Assembly (NCBI GenBank): GCA_963734545.1 | Contig: CAVTHO010000006.1 | Location: 1 to 64,000, forward strand | DNA: 64,000 nucleotides | Source: an uncultured Spirochaetota bacterium | Lineage (GTDB): Bacteria > Spirochaetota > Spirochaetia > SZUA-6 > Fen-1364 | Direction: 5' to 3' | Part shown: positions 28,366-38,337 of the stretch, one piece after another | How positions within the stretch are numbered: the first letter of the stretch is position 1 | Layout: each line of letters begins with the position of its first letter | Made by a program: the position numbers and the translations under genes | The notes under the pieces: generated by a model | Told to the model about the DNA's origin: nothing | The model's database searches: none | What the model saw: only the letters and a program-made list of their open reading frames with translations

Positions 28366-29454
28366 CCTGAGTTCAAGATCGAAGTGCAATAATCAGGAGC
28401 GTTCATAGTATACCTCCTGTGGTGGTCTGAAGCCATGGCGCTTTCTTGGTCTGGCGTTGAGTCTGTTGGAGATTGCCTCGCAATAGGCTTGGGTGACCCC
28501 GGACATCGAGACCCCTTTGGGAATGTATTGGCGGATTAACCCGTTAAGGTTCTCGTTGCTGCCTCGTTCCCAGGAGTGATAGGGGGTAGCGAAATAGCAT
28601 TGCAAAGGAAAGTGTTGCTCGAGAACCTTGTAGTCATGGAACTCAGTTCCGTTGTCGAACGTGATTGTCTTGAACTTGGCTCTGTGCGCTGAGATTGCCT
28701 CTATGGCGGCTTGATTCACGGAAGCCGCCGTGCGAGAGCTCAGCTTCCGGATGATAGCGAATCCTGATTTTCGTTCCACAAGGGTTAGGATGCAATTGTG
28801 AAGGTCCGTTCCTATTACAGTGTCACCCTCCCAGTGGCCCAGCTGCATCCTGGTTTCAACCTCGGGCGGACGCTCCGAGATGTGGCGCTTGCCGGCCAGG
28901 ATTCCTCGCGAATCCCTTGATCTGTAGCGTTTTCTGTGGGTCTTGGTAACGATTCGCAGGTGCTTGAAAAGCGTGCCTCCATGCTTTTCGTCATCGTAGA
29001 TGAACTGGTAGATGGTTTCGTGGCTAACGGTGAACGATCCGTTGCGACGTAAGGACCCAGAAATCTGTTCGGGGCTGAAGTCCTGCTCGAGCAAAGCGAT
29101 CACCTCTTGCCAGTAGCGGGGAGCCATGTGAAAGCCACGGCGGGACCGTTTTCGCCTGGTGGTAGCATAACTGTGGGCAAGATCCGCACGGTACCAACCA
29201 TCAACGATCTTCTTGTTACGAGCAATCTCGCGACTGATTGTGCTGGGGGAGCGCTGAAGAGCTCTGGCAATGGCGGAAATGGTAGAGTGCCTATTGCGGA
29301 ACTCGGTAATGGTGTAGCGTTCATCTTGAGAGAGTTGATGATATCTACGCAAGTATGGATCCCCTTTCTTGGCGGAAAAGTGACACGTACCCAAGTAGCA
29401 TCTCGACTCTCTCATTTGGTTTCCAGACCCTTGCACTTACTTCTTGAATCCGCG
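28366..29454 (-). mobile_element. IS30-family element type A, copy 2 (flanks do not match)
   Basis: Same IRs as copy 1; left flank CAA, right flank GGT. Confidence 0.92.
28393..29436 (-). CDS. IS30-family transposase
   Basis: Identical translation to 19249-20292. Confidence 0.93.
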   Translation of the reverse strand: MQGSGNQMRESRCYLGTCHFSAKKGDPYLRRYHQLSQDERYTITEFRNRHSTISAIARALQRSPSTISREIARNKKIVDGWYRADLAHSYATTRRKRSRRGFHMAPRYWQEVIALLEQDFSPEQISGSLRRNGSFTVSHETIYQFIYDDEKHGGTLFKHLRIVTKTHRKRYRSRDSRGILAGKRHISERPPEVETRMQLGHWEGDTVIGTDLHNCILTLVERKSGFAIIRKLSSRTAASVNQAAIEAISAHRAKFKTITFDNGTEFHDYKVLEQHFPLQCYFATPYHSWERGSNENLNGLIRQYIPKGVSMSGVTQAYCEAISNRLNARPRKRHGFRPPQEVYYERS

Positions 29455-29456
29455 GG

Positions 29457-29571
29457 TCATAACAAATCGTTGCAGTAGTCGCCTTGAGGGCCGTCTGGAA
29501 CAGAAGGTGCAGTTCGGAATTCCAAAAGGAGCCGGGTTGATGCGGCGGCGCTACTGAACTCTATGTTATGT
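29457..29571 (+). repeat. attC-like site 21
   Basis: TCATAAC...GTTATGT. Confidence 0.9.
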
Positions 29572-29724
29572 CCAACTAGACGGCGCGCGGTAAGGCAAGT
29601 GGGCCATCGATAGGTCCCCAGATTTCGCATATGCGACATCATTCATTGTAGGTAGACTTCGCTATGTTCAATGACGTAAGCGTGGATTGAGTGGACGGCG
29701 CTGCAAAAACAAAGGAGACCCGGA

Positions 29725-30240
29725 ATGAAACTCAGCTCTCTTTTCATAGTCTTATTGGCATCGATCGTGGCAAGTTGTGCCTACAGCCAACGACCTTCCT
29801 CAAATGCCCTTGAAGGCTTTACTCGTATTGATATCGCCTATAGAGCGCTGCCATCGGATCATCCCGAAGAATTCGCTAAGATAGGGCGGGTATTTGCAGC
29901 GTATATGAAGCTTGATACGCAATATGTCGCGCTTTTTGGGGAGACTAAAACTCTTGTTGCCGAGGTAATCTATTGCGCAGAACTGGGCGGCAGGGTCTTG
30001 ATCCTTGGCAAAGTAACCAAAGATGGAGCTTTCGATTCGAAAGGAAAACCAATTGAGGTATTCGCAGATACTATCGCCGGGCAGATAATTGGGATTTCTG
30101 GAGACATTGTGGAAACGCCGTTTCTCCCATGCCTTGTTTTGCAGGACGGCAACGACGTGTGGGAAACCGAGAGCGTTATATCAATTGGGATTGATGCCAA
30201 GAAGAAGACCATCTATTCCTACACTCCTACATTGGAGTAG
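29725..30240 (+). CDS. Putative lipoprotein / secreted hypothetical protein
   Basis: AAGGAG RBS; MKLSSLFIVLLASIVASC lipobox-like signal. Confidence 0.65.
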   Translation: MKLSSLFIVLLASIVASCAYSQRPSSNALEGFTRIDIAYRALPSDHPEEFAKIGRVFAAYMKLDTQYVALFGETKTLVAEVIYCAELGGRVLILGKVTKDGAFDSKGKPIEVFADTIAGQIIGISGDIVETPFLPCLVLQDGNDVWETESVISIGIDAKKKTIYSYTPTLE

Positions 30241-30434
30241 ACGCAGACAAGCAGACTGTTTCCTGCCGAAGGAATTGCGCGAAGGGACTTTGTAGAACAC
30301 TCTGAAATGGACTCATGACTCAAGGCTTATTGACCCCAAAGGCATGCAGCCAAGGTAGCTACGAAAGAGTGCCCAAGAACAATAAGAAACGAAAAAGATA
30401 GGCACGCACTTCCGCAATGAACTCAGAAAGGCGG

Positions 30435-31782
30435 TGAATGAGCCAAGGACATAGGTTACAAAACATTCTAAAGACATAGGTAACACTTATTCTAAGGACA
30501 TGGGTAACACTTTCCTGCCAAAGGAGGGTGCCAGCCATGCCGTGGGAGGGTGTTACTGTGAGCGAGCAGCGTGAGAACTTGATTCGGGACTACGCCGACG
30601 GTTACTACAGCAAAACCGAGCTGGCCGAACGTTTCGGAGTTTCGCGTAAGACCGTACATAAGTGGATCAACCGCTTCAAGGCCGAAGGGCTGAAGGGGAT
30701 AGAGGAGCTCAGTCGGCGGCCACGTAGCTGCCCCTGGCAGACTGACAAACGGATTGTTGAGGACCTGGTTGCGCTGCGCAAAGCATCTCCGTCGAGGGGG
30801 CCGAAGAAGCTCCTGGGGAAACTGCGTAAGCTACACCGCTTTGTTGAATTGCCTGCGGAGTCCACCGTGGCGCACATTTTGGATCGCCACGGACTGGTGA
30901 AAGCCAAACGACGGCACCGCCGCGCGCATCCAGGCTGTCCCAAGCATGCGGCCACGGCTCCCAACGACATCTGGGCGGCTGACTATAAAGGGCAGTTCCG
31001 ACTGAAGAACGGGCAGTATTGCTTCCCGCTGACCGTGAGTGATCTGTATTCGCGCTTTCTGCTGGGCTGCGAGGCACACCCAGCGATCTCGATGGAGCAG
31101 ACAATTGCCTTCTTTCTGCGGCTTTTCCGCATCTATGGGCTGCCCAATCGGATCCGCACGGACAACGGAGTGCCATTTGCCTCGTGCGCGTTGGGACGGT
31201 TGTCGGCGCTGCAGGTGGTGTACATCAAGTACGGGGTCTGCCCGGAACTGATTGAGCCTGGCAAGCCCCAACAGAATGGGATCCATGAGCGCATGCATCG
31301 GACTCTCAAGCAAGAGGCCACTATTCCGCCCGCCAGCAGCCTGAGAGCTCAGCAGCGGAAGTTCGATTCGTTTCGGGAGGAGTTCAACACCGATCGTCCC
31401 CATGAAGCACTTGGGATGGTTGATCCGGTCAGCGTGTATCAGTCGTCGCCCCGGGAAATGCCCGAGCACGTTGGCACCTACGACTATCCGGGACACTACC
31501 TGGTTCGGCGCGTGAGCCGCTGTGGTACGATCCGCGTCTTCCACAACCAAGTCTTCGTGACACAGACGCTGAACGAAGAATACGTGGGCCTGGAGGAAGT
31601 AGACGACGGAGTCTATGACTTGTACTTCTGCTTCTACCAGATTGGCCGTTACGAATTGCAGACCAACAGGATCGTGGATATTATCTCGAGGGTGCCAACG
31701 AGTCAGACCCGTGCGGAGCTGACTCCGAGAGTGTTACCTATGTCTTTAGAATAAAGTGTTACCTATGTCCTTGGATTGTACA
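30435..31782 (+). mobile_element. IS481-family element type A, copy 3
   Basis: Same ends and transposase as copy 1. Confidence 0.9.
30528..31754 (+). CDS. IS481-family transposase
   Basis: Identical translation to 963-2189. Confidence 0.92.
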   Translation: MPAMPWEGVTVSEQRENLIRDYADGYYSKTELAERFGVSRKTVHKWINRFKAEGLKGIEELSRRPRSCPWQTDKRIVEDLVALRKASPSRGPKKLLGKLRKLHRFVELPAESTVAHILDRHGLVKAKRRHRRAHPGCPKHAATAPNDIWAADYKGQFRLKNGQYCFPLTVSDLYSRFLLGCEAHPAISMEQTIAFFLRLFRIYGLPNRIRTDNGVPFASCALGRLSALQVVYIKYGVCPELIEPGKPQQNGIHERMHRTLKQEATIPPASSLRAQQRKFDSFREEFNTDRPHEALGMVDPVSVYQSSPREMPEHVGTYDYPGHYLVRRVSRCGTIRVFHNQVFVTQTLNEEYVGLEEVDDGVYDLYFCFYQIGRYELQTNRIVDIISRVPTSQTRAELTPRVLPMSLE

Positions 31783-31791
31783 GAAGGGAGC

Positions 31792-32880
31792 CCTGAGTTC
31801 AAGATCGAAGTGCAATAATCAGGAGCGTTCATAGTATACCTCCTGTGGTGGTCTGAAGCCATGGCGCTTTCTTGGTCTGGCGTTGAGTCTGTTGGAGATT
31901 GCCTCGCAATAGGCTTGGGTGACCCCGGACATCGAGACCCCTTTGGGAATGTATTGGCGGATTAACCCGTTAAGGTTCTCGTTGCTGCCTCGTTCCCAGG
32001 AGTGATAGGGGGTAGCGAAATAGCATTGCAAAGGAAAGTGTTGCTCGAGAACCTTGTAGTCATGGAACTCAGTTCCGTTGTCGAACGTGATTGTCTTGAA
32101 CTTGGCTCTGTGCGCTGAGATTGCCTCTATGGCGGCTTGATTCACGGAAGCCGCCGTGCGAGAGCTCAGCTTCCGGATGATAGCGAATCCTGATTTTCGT
32201 TCCACAAGGGTTAGGATGCAATTGTGAAGGTCCGTTCCTATTACAGTGTCACCCTCCCAGTGGCCCAGCTGCATCCTGGTTTCAACCTCGGGCGGACGCT
32301 CCGAGATGTGGCGCTTGCCGGCCAGGATTCCTCGCGAATCCCTTGATCTGTAGCGTTTTCTGTGGGTCTTGGTAACGATTCGCAGGTGCTTGAAAAGCGT
32401 GCCTCCATGCTTTTCGTCATCGTAGATGAACTGGTAGATGGTTTCGTGGCTAACGGTGAACGATCCGTTGCGACGTAAGGACCCAGAAATCTGTTCGGGG
32501 CTGAAGTCCTGCTCGAGCAAAGCGATCACCTCTTGCCAGTAGCGGGGAGCCATGTGAAAGCCACGGCGGGACCGTTTTCGCCTGGTGGTAGCATAACTGT
32601 GGGCAAGATCCGCACGGTACCAACCATCAACGATCTTCTTGTTACGAGCAATCTCGCGACTGATTGTGCTGGGGGAGCGCTGAAGAGCTCTGGCAATGGC
32701 GGAAATGGTAGAGTGCCTATTGCGGAACTCGGTAATGGTGTAGCGTTCATCTTGAGAGAGTTGATGATATCTACGCAAGTATGGATCCCCTTTCTTGGCG
32801 GAAAAGTGACACGTACCCAAGTAGCATCTCGACTCTCTCATTTGGTTTCCAGACCCTTGCACTTACTTCTTGAATCCGCG
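31792..32880 (-). mobile_element. IS30-family element type A, copy 3 (3-bp AGC duplication)
   Basis: GGGAGC[IS]AGCCATAAC. Confidence 0.92.
31819..32862 (-). CDS. IS30-family transposase
   Basis: Identical translation to 19249-20292. Confidence 0.93.
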   Translation of the reverse strand: MQGSGNQMRESRCYLGTCHFSAKKGDPYLRRYHQLSQDERYTITEFRNRHSTISAIARALQRSPSTISREIARNKKIVDGWYRADLAHSYATTRRKRSRRGFHMAPRYWQEVIALLEQDFSPEQISGSLRRNGSFTVSHETIYQFIYDDEKHGGTLFKHLRIVTKTHRKRYRSRDSRGILAGKRHISERPPEVETRMQLGHWEGDTVIGTDLHNCILTLVERKSGFAIIRKLSSRTAASVNQAAIEAISAHRAKFKTITFDNGTEFHDYKVLEQHFPLQCYFATPYHSWERGSNENLNGLIRQYIPKGVSMSGVTQAYCEAISNRLNARPRKRHGFRPPQEVYYERS

Positions 32881-32882
32881 AG

Positions 32883-32997
32883 CCATAACAAATCGTTGCA
32901 GTTGTCCCCTATGAGGCCGCCTGTAGCGGTGAATGCAGCTTGGCATTCCATAGAGTGTTGGGTTGATGCGGCGGGGCAACTGAACTCTATGTTAGAT
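32883..32997 (+). repeat. attC-like site 22
   Basis: CCATAAC...GTTAGAT. Confidence 0.9.
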
Positions 32998-33055
32998 GCT
33001 TTGAAAGCGGTGCGCGCCGCAGAAACTAGACAATCCAGACCTATGGAGGTACAAT

Positions 33056-33982
33056 ATGTCATATCTTGCTAGTCTTAGGATAAGAACGCCTTTTGCACAT
33101 TTGTCAGTGCTTGCGGCTCTTTGTCTGCTACTTTTGTTGCCGGCCAATACGTCTGCTCAAGAAGTCTCGAGGCAACTTGATGTGGTCTTCTGCAACCACG
33201 ACGGAACCGACCTCAGAGCGGATATCGCATTCCCAAGCGAACTACAAGGTACATACCCCGCTTTGATATTCATCTCTGGGAGTGGATGGGGTAATTGGTG
33301 GGGATATGGAATGGATAGACACCAATTTAACAGCGCTATCGTCACTGCGGCTGAACACGGATATGTCGCGGCGACTGTAGACTATCGGCCCACTTCAATC
33401 AAGGAAAATGGCAAAGCGAAATACCCGCATCCGGCCCAACTTGCGGACGTTCGAAGCGCCATTCGATGGCTACGGGCAAATGCAGCAAAGTATCACGTTG
33501 ATGCCAATCACATAGGAGCGATTGGATGGTCGTCAGGAGGCCATTTGTCACTTATGCTTGGACTCGCTGGCCCTGAACCGGACCAAAAGGAGACCGACAA
33601 TGCTTCTTTTTCCAGTCAAGTCCAAGCTGTTGTAAGTCTGGCGGGACCTACAGAACTTTCTCGCATGTATCATGAGGCTTCTTACCCGGGCATCTCCGAT
33701 GCCTTATCGGATCTTATGGGAGGAACACCAGAGCAAGTTCCTGCAAACTATAGAAAGGCAAGTCCGCTGTACTATGTGACACGCAACGCTCCGCCTATCC
33801 TAATAATCCAAGGCGATAATGATACCGAGGTCCCCTATGATCAAGCAACCCTCTTTGTAGAGGCAATGAAGAACTTAGGTGCTCCGGTCAGCATGGTCGT
33901 ACTAAAGGGATTTGGACATCTTAATGCTTATTATCACGAGGCTATTTTCCCTTTCTTCGATAAAGCGCTAAAAACTAGGTAG
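33056..33982 (+). CDS. Secreted alpha/beta hydrolase (esterase/lipase)
   Basis: GWSSGG nucleophile elbow; QGDND and GFGH triad candidates; signal peptide. Confidence 0.88.
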   Translation: MSYLASLRIRTPFAHLSVLAALCLLLLLPANTSAQEVSRQLDVVFCNHDGTDLRADIAFPSELQGTYPALIFISGSGWGNWWGYGMDRHQFNSAIVTAAEHGYVAATVDYRPTSIKENGKAKYPHPAQLADVRSAIRWLRANAAKYHVDANHIGAIGWSSGGHLSLMLGLAGPEPDQKETDNASFSSQVQAVVSLAGPTELSRMYHEASYPGISDALSDLMGGTPEQVPANYRKASPLYYVTRNAPPILIIQGDNDTEVPYDQATLFVEAMKNLGAPVSMVVLKGFGHLNAYYHEAIFPFFDKALKTR

Positions 33983-33996
33983 AAACGACATCGAAC

Positions 33997-35344
33997 TGAA
34001 CCGTTCGGGGACATAGGTAACAAAGTCTTCTGGAGACATAGGTAACACTTATTCTGGGGACATGGGTAACACTCTTCTCGCAAGAGGAGGTGGTGGCCAT
34101 GCCGTGGAAAGGGGTTACCGTGAGCGAACAGAGAGCAAACTTCCTCCGAGACTACGCGCTGAAGTACTACAGCGTGACTGAGTTGGGGGAGATGTACAGT
34201 ATTTCCCGAAAGACCGCCTACAAGTGGATCGATCGCCACGAGGAATTAGGACGCAGCGGTCTGGAGGACCTGTCGCGACGTCCTCATAGTTGTCCTTGGC
34301 AGACACCAGGGTACATTGCCGAGGAACTGGTGAAGGTGCGGGAGAAGCATCCGTACTGGGGACCGAAGAAGCTGCTGGATATCATGGAGCGCAGGCACCG
34401 CAGGTGGCAGCTTCCTTCGGTGGCCACCGCGGCACATATTCTGGCCGAAAAAGGTCTGGTACGTGAGAGGCGCCGGCATCGGCGGGCTCACCCCGGATGT
34501 CCGAAGAGCGTTGCCGAGGGACCGAATGATATCTGGGGATCCGACTACAAGGGTCAGTTCCGAATGGGCAACGGGCAGTACTGCTTCCCCCAGACCGTCA
34601 GCGACCTGCATACGCGCTTCCTTCTGGGGTGCGACGGCCATCCGCAGGTATCCGCGGAGCTGACCAAGGTGCATTTTACAGGGCTTTTTCGCACCTTTGG
34701 GCTTCCCCGACGGATTCGCACCGACAACGGTGTTCCATTCGCGTCCAACGCGCTGGGTCGGTTGTCAGACTTGTCGGTGTGGTACATCAAGCTGGGCATA
34801 TATCCTGAGCTCATCGAGCCAGGTCGGCCGCAACAGAACGGGATCCATGAGCGAATGCATCGAACGCTGAAGCAAGGCACCACTCATCCGCCTGGCAGCA
34901 GTCTGAAAAGCCAACAGGAGAAGTTCGAGACCTTTCGGAAGGAATACAACGAGGACCGCCCTCACGAGGCGCTGCAAATGAAGAGGCCAGCGGAGGTGTA
35001 CCAACCCTCATCGCGGGAACTGCCTGAGCGAATCGAAACCTATGACTACCCCAATCAGTTCCTGGTGAGGCGCGTCAGCCGTTGCGGAACGATTCGAGTC
35101 TTTGGAAATCAAGCGTTTGTCAGTCAGACACTGAACGAGGACTTCGTGGGCCTGGAGGAAGTGGATGACGGCGTCTATGACATCTACTTTTGCTTCTACT
35201 TGATCGGGCGCTATGAATTGCGCACCAATACGATTCATGACATTATTAGCAAGGTGGCGGTGAGCGTCAGTAAGGCAGAGGGGCCATCGAGGGTGTCACC
35301 TATGTCTCCAGAATAAAGTGTTACCCATGTCCCTTGATTGTACA
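33997..35344 (+). mobile_element. IS481-family element type B, copy 2
   Basis: Near-identical to 16885-18232 with a few 3' differences. Confidence 0.9.
34090..35316 (+). CDS. IS481-family transposase
   Basis: Two substitutions relative to 16978-18204. Confidence 0.92.
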   Translation: MVAMPWKGVTVSEQRANFLRDYALKYYSVTELGEMYSISRKTAYKWIDRHEELGRSGLEDLSRRPHSCPWQTPGYIAEELVKVREKHPYWGPKKLLDIMERRHRRWQLPSVATAAHILAEKGLVRERRRHRRAHPGCPKSVAEGPNDIWGSDYKGQFRMGNGQYCFPQTVSDLHTRFLLGCDGHPQVSAELTKVHFTGLFRTFGLPRRIRTDNGVPFASNALGRLSDLSVWYIKLGIYPELIEPGRPQQNGIHERMHRTLKQGTTHPPGSSLKSQQEKFETFRKEYNEDRPHEALQMKRPAEVYQPSSRELPERIETYDYPNQFLVRRVSRCGTIRVFGNQAFVSQTLNEDFVGLEEVDDGVYDIYFCFYLIGRYELRTNTIHDIISKVAVSVSKAEGPSRVSPMSPE

Positions 35345-35352
35345 AAGCATCC

Positions 35353-35467
35353 ATCTAACAAATCGTTGCAGTTGTCCCCTATGAGGCCGCCTGTAGCGGT
35401 GAATGCAGCTTGGCATTCCATGCAGTGCTGGGTCGATGCGGCGGGGGAACTGAACTCTATATTATGC
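35353..35467 (+). repeat. attC-like site 23 (R' mutated GTT>ATT)
   Basis: ATCTAAC...TCTAT-ATTATGC; body nearly identical to site 22. Confidence 0.85.
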
Positions 35468-35570
35468 GTTCCTTAGGGTATTGCATTACTGCGAGCAAGT
35501 AGCATATTGTTTGGCTATCGACAGGAACTTTGAACTAGATCCTTGACTCGAAGCGGAAAGGTCAAAGGAA

Positions 35571-35933
35571 ATGAATGTCTTTGTTCACAACATAAATGGA
35601 ACTCAAGTAGCAGAGATGCAGTCTGAAGGCATAGTAGTACGGAGCGCTCGAGACGCAGCGGACATTACAGGTGAACTATTGATCAGCGGAATTACCAAAT
35701 TGATTCTGCACGAAAGGAATATGTCTCCAGAGTTCTGGCAGCTCTCCAGCGGTCTCGCCGAATTGATCCTGCAAGAATTCGCAAGCAAGGCTATTGATGT
35801 AGCTTTCGTAGGAAAGATAGGTCAGGATAAGGGTAAGGACTTTACGGCGCTAGTTGAGGAGAGCGGCCTTAGTAATAAGGCATTCTTCCTAGGCACTGTC
35901 GAATTGGCAAAGACGCAACTCTGCAGAGAATAG
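35571..35933 (+). CDS. DUF4180-like protein
   Basis: PEFWQLSSGLAELILQEF...VAFVG. Confidence 0.7.
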   Translation: MNVFVHNINGTQVAEMQSEGIVVRSARDAADITGELLISGITKLILHERNMSPEFWQLSSGLAELILQEFASKAIDVAFVGKIGQDKGKDFTALVEESGLSNKAFFLGTVELAKTQLCRE

Positions 35934-36144
35934 AAAACTACCATAGAGCTTTTACTTTGTCGTGACTCAATGAGGGGAAGATGCTTCATTGCAGATGACG
36001 TATCTATGATACGTTTCGCATGAATGCTCTAAAGATATTTTTTTACATGCATAAACTGTTGATTGAGATAAAAGTCGCCAACACGGAAAAAGGAACCAGT
36101 AGGTCAATAAGGAATGGCGAAGGGAACTAGTCTTGTCGAAAAAG

Positions 36145-37470
36145 TGAATGAGCCAAGGACATAGGTTACAGAACATACTAAAGACATAGGTAGCACTTAT
36201 TCTACGGACATGTGTAGCACTTTCCTCTCAGAGGAGGGTGCCAGCCATGCCATGGGAGGGTGTTACCGTGAGCGAGCAGCGTCAGAACTTCATTCGGGAT
36301 TACGCCGACGGCCACTACAGCAGAACGGAGCTGCTGAACGTTTCGGAATCTCGCGCAAAACCGCCCATAAGTGGGTCAAGCGCTCCAAGGCGGAAGGGCT
36401 GAAGGGCCTGGAGGAGCTCAGTCGGCGACCGCGCAGCCGCCCCTGGCAGACGGACAAGCGGATAGTTGAGGATCTGGTGGCGCTGCGCAAAGCATCCCCG
36501 TCGAAGGGTCCGAAGAAGCTCCTGGGGAAACTACGCAAGCTACACCGCTTTGTTGAATTGCCTGCGGAGTCGACAGTAGCGCACATCCTGGATCGTCAGG
36601 GATTGGTGAAAGTCAAGTGGCGGCATCATCGGGCGCATTCTGGCTGTCCCAAGCGTGCGGCCACCGCTCCCAACGACATCTGGGCGGCTGACTACAAAGG
36701 ACAGTTCCGCCTGAAGAATGGGCAGTACTGCTTTCCGTTGACGGTGAGCGACCTGTATTCGCGCTTCCTGCTGGGCTGTGAGGCACACCCAGTGGTCTCG
36801 ATGGAGCAGACAATTGCGTTTTTCCTGCGGCTTTTCCGCGAATATGGGCTGCCCAATCGGATCCGCACGGATAACGGGGTGCCGTTTGCTTCGTGCGCGT
36901 TGGGGCGGTTGTCGGCTCTGCAGGTAGTGTACATCAAGTACGGTGTCTACCCGGAACTGATTGAGCCTGGCAAACCCCAACAGAATGGGATCCATGAGCG
37001 GATGCACAGAGCCCTCAAGCAGGAGGCCACTATTCCGCCTGCAAGTAGCCTGAAGGCTCAGCAGCGGAAGTTTGATGCGTTTCGTCGACGCAATAACGAG
37101 GCATACCCGAGGGACGTTCTGGACCAAAGCACACCGCAGGAGCTCTACTATCGCTCTGCACGAACATATGACGGCAAATCAGAGCTGTGGCACTATCTAG
37201 ATGGAATCGTGGTGAAGTATGTATGCAGGAATGGGGCTATGCGTTGGGGGGCGGGCAAGTGGGTCATGGTATCCACGACGCTGATTGGCAAATACATTGG
37301 ATTGGAACAAATTGAAGAGGGCAAGTGGCTTGTGTACTATCGAAATATCCTGTTGGGCTACCTGGACGAGAAACAGATGCGTATCATGGACGGGCAGGGA
37401 CGGCTGAAGAGAAATGAAAAAGTGTAAAGGATGTGCTTAGAGAACTGTAAAGGATGTGTTCGGTAGTACA
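36145..37470 (+). mobile_element. Degenerate chimeric IS481 element (ORF 36210-37427)
   Basis: Type A-like left end and core with 5' frameshifts; unrelated IS481-type C-terminus; right end TGTAAAGGATGTG x2...TACA. Confidence 0.8.
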
Positions 37471-37543
37471 TTTGCCTGACGATAGTGATTCTTTTGCATG
37501 CATTTTGAGTAGCTATTTGGGAACGTGAGGCATGGGGGAGCGT

Positions 37544-38119
37544 ATGAAAAGTATAGATCTTTACCTGCAACAAAGGGATCAGCGCTTCTATTGCAAGGAC
37601 AACACCGAAACCAGAGAACTAATCGTTGATCTGCAAAATATTGTTGGGGAACCTGCAACCCTGGATGAATTGCGGCTGCTAGATAGGATAGCCCGCAGGG
37701 AATCAAAACACCTTGCAGAACTTTACAGGACTTATAATGGGCTTCAGCTTCAAATCAATAAGAAAACTATTGGCTTGATCATCACATCTATAAGGAATCT
37801 CAAACAACTCAATAAGGACTGGAAGGATTGGTTTCGTCACTCGCCTAGAAGGGAATTGTATGACTATCAGAGAGAGGGGTTTGCTTTCGGAGAGATCTGC
37901 CATAGTGGGAACTATTTCGTAATGTACGGAGGCTATGTTTACTATAGTAGCCATGATTCCGCGGATGATGAGCAGTGGGGATATGGCCTCGATGTTTTTT
38001 TCGACAGAGCCCTGTCTGATCCAACAAGGTTTCTGTGGGAAGTCGGTTGCTACACCAGATATTCGGATGGAAAGACCGATGTGCAATATATACCCAACAA
38101 GTTCCTGTTCAAGCAATGA
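37544..38119 (+). CDS. Hypothetical protein (possibly SMI1/KNR4-like)
   Basis: GGGGAG RBS; LAELYRTYNGL, FAFGEICHSGNYF; family assignment is tentative. Confidence 0.55.
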   Translation: MKSIDLYLQQRDQRFYCKDNTETRELIVDLQNIVGEPATLDELRLLDRIARRESKHLAELYRTYNGLQLQINKKTIGLIITSIRNLKQLNKDWKDWFRHSPRRELYDYQREGFAFGEICHSGNYFVMYGGYVYYSSHDSADDEQWGYGLDVFFDRALSDPTRFLWEVGCYTRYSDGKTDVQYIPNKFLFKQ

Positions 38120-38125
38120 TCATTA

Positions 38126-38157
38126 ATGCGGCGGGGCAACTGAACTCTATGTTATGA
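38126..38157 (+). repeat. attC-like right half-site
   Basis: ATGCGGCGGGGCAACTGAACTCTATGTTATGA with no left arm. Confidence 0.8.
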
Positions 38158-38189
38158 CTACTTAGGGTTATAGTGGCTGGCAATGGAAG

Positions 38190-38232
38190 TCGGAACAGTA
38201 GTCCAGGCGTCCTGCCTGGACTACTGTTCCGA
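38190..38232. repeat. Perfect 19-bp inverted repeat (5-nt loop)
   Basis: TCGGAACAGTAGTCCAGGC-gtcct-GCCTGGACTACTGTTCCGA. Confidence 0.8.
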
Positions 38233-38337
38233 TGTGCGCTGAGTCTGCTGAAAGTAAGAAAGGAGCTTGCTGGTCGCCAGCTGAACACGTTTCCATCTGG
38301 GACTGGAGATGCTATCTTTTCTTAAGGCGGACATGAC

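Larger units (their letters stand above)
9..38157 (+). mobile_element. Integron-like gene cassette array (plus-strand attC-like sites; continues beyond left edge)
   Basis: 23 full or near-full ~115-bp palindromic sites in direct orientation separate 0.45-1.4 kb units of 0-2 genes; each intact unit starts GTT-N and ends with its reverse complement N'-AAC. Confidence 0.92.

Noticed and set aside
9-35467. Repeats as a CRISPR array or REP/BIME elements
   Set aside because: Units are ~115 bp with variable centres, separated by gene-sized segments with complementary ends; no cas or RAYT gene is present
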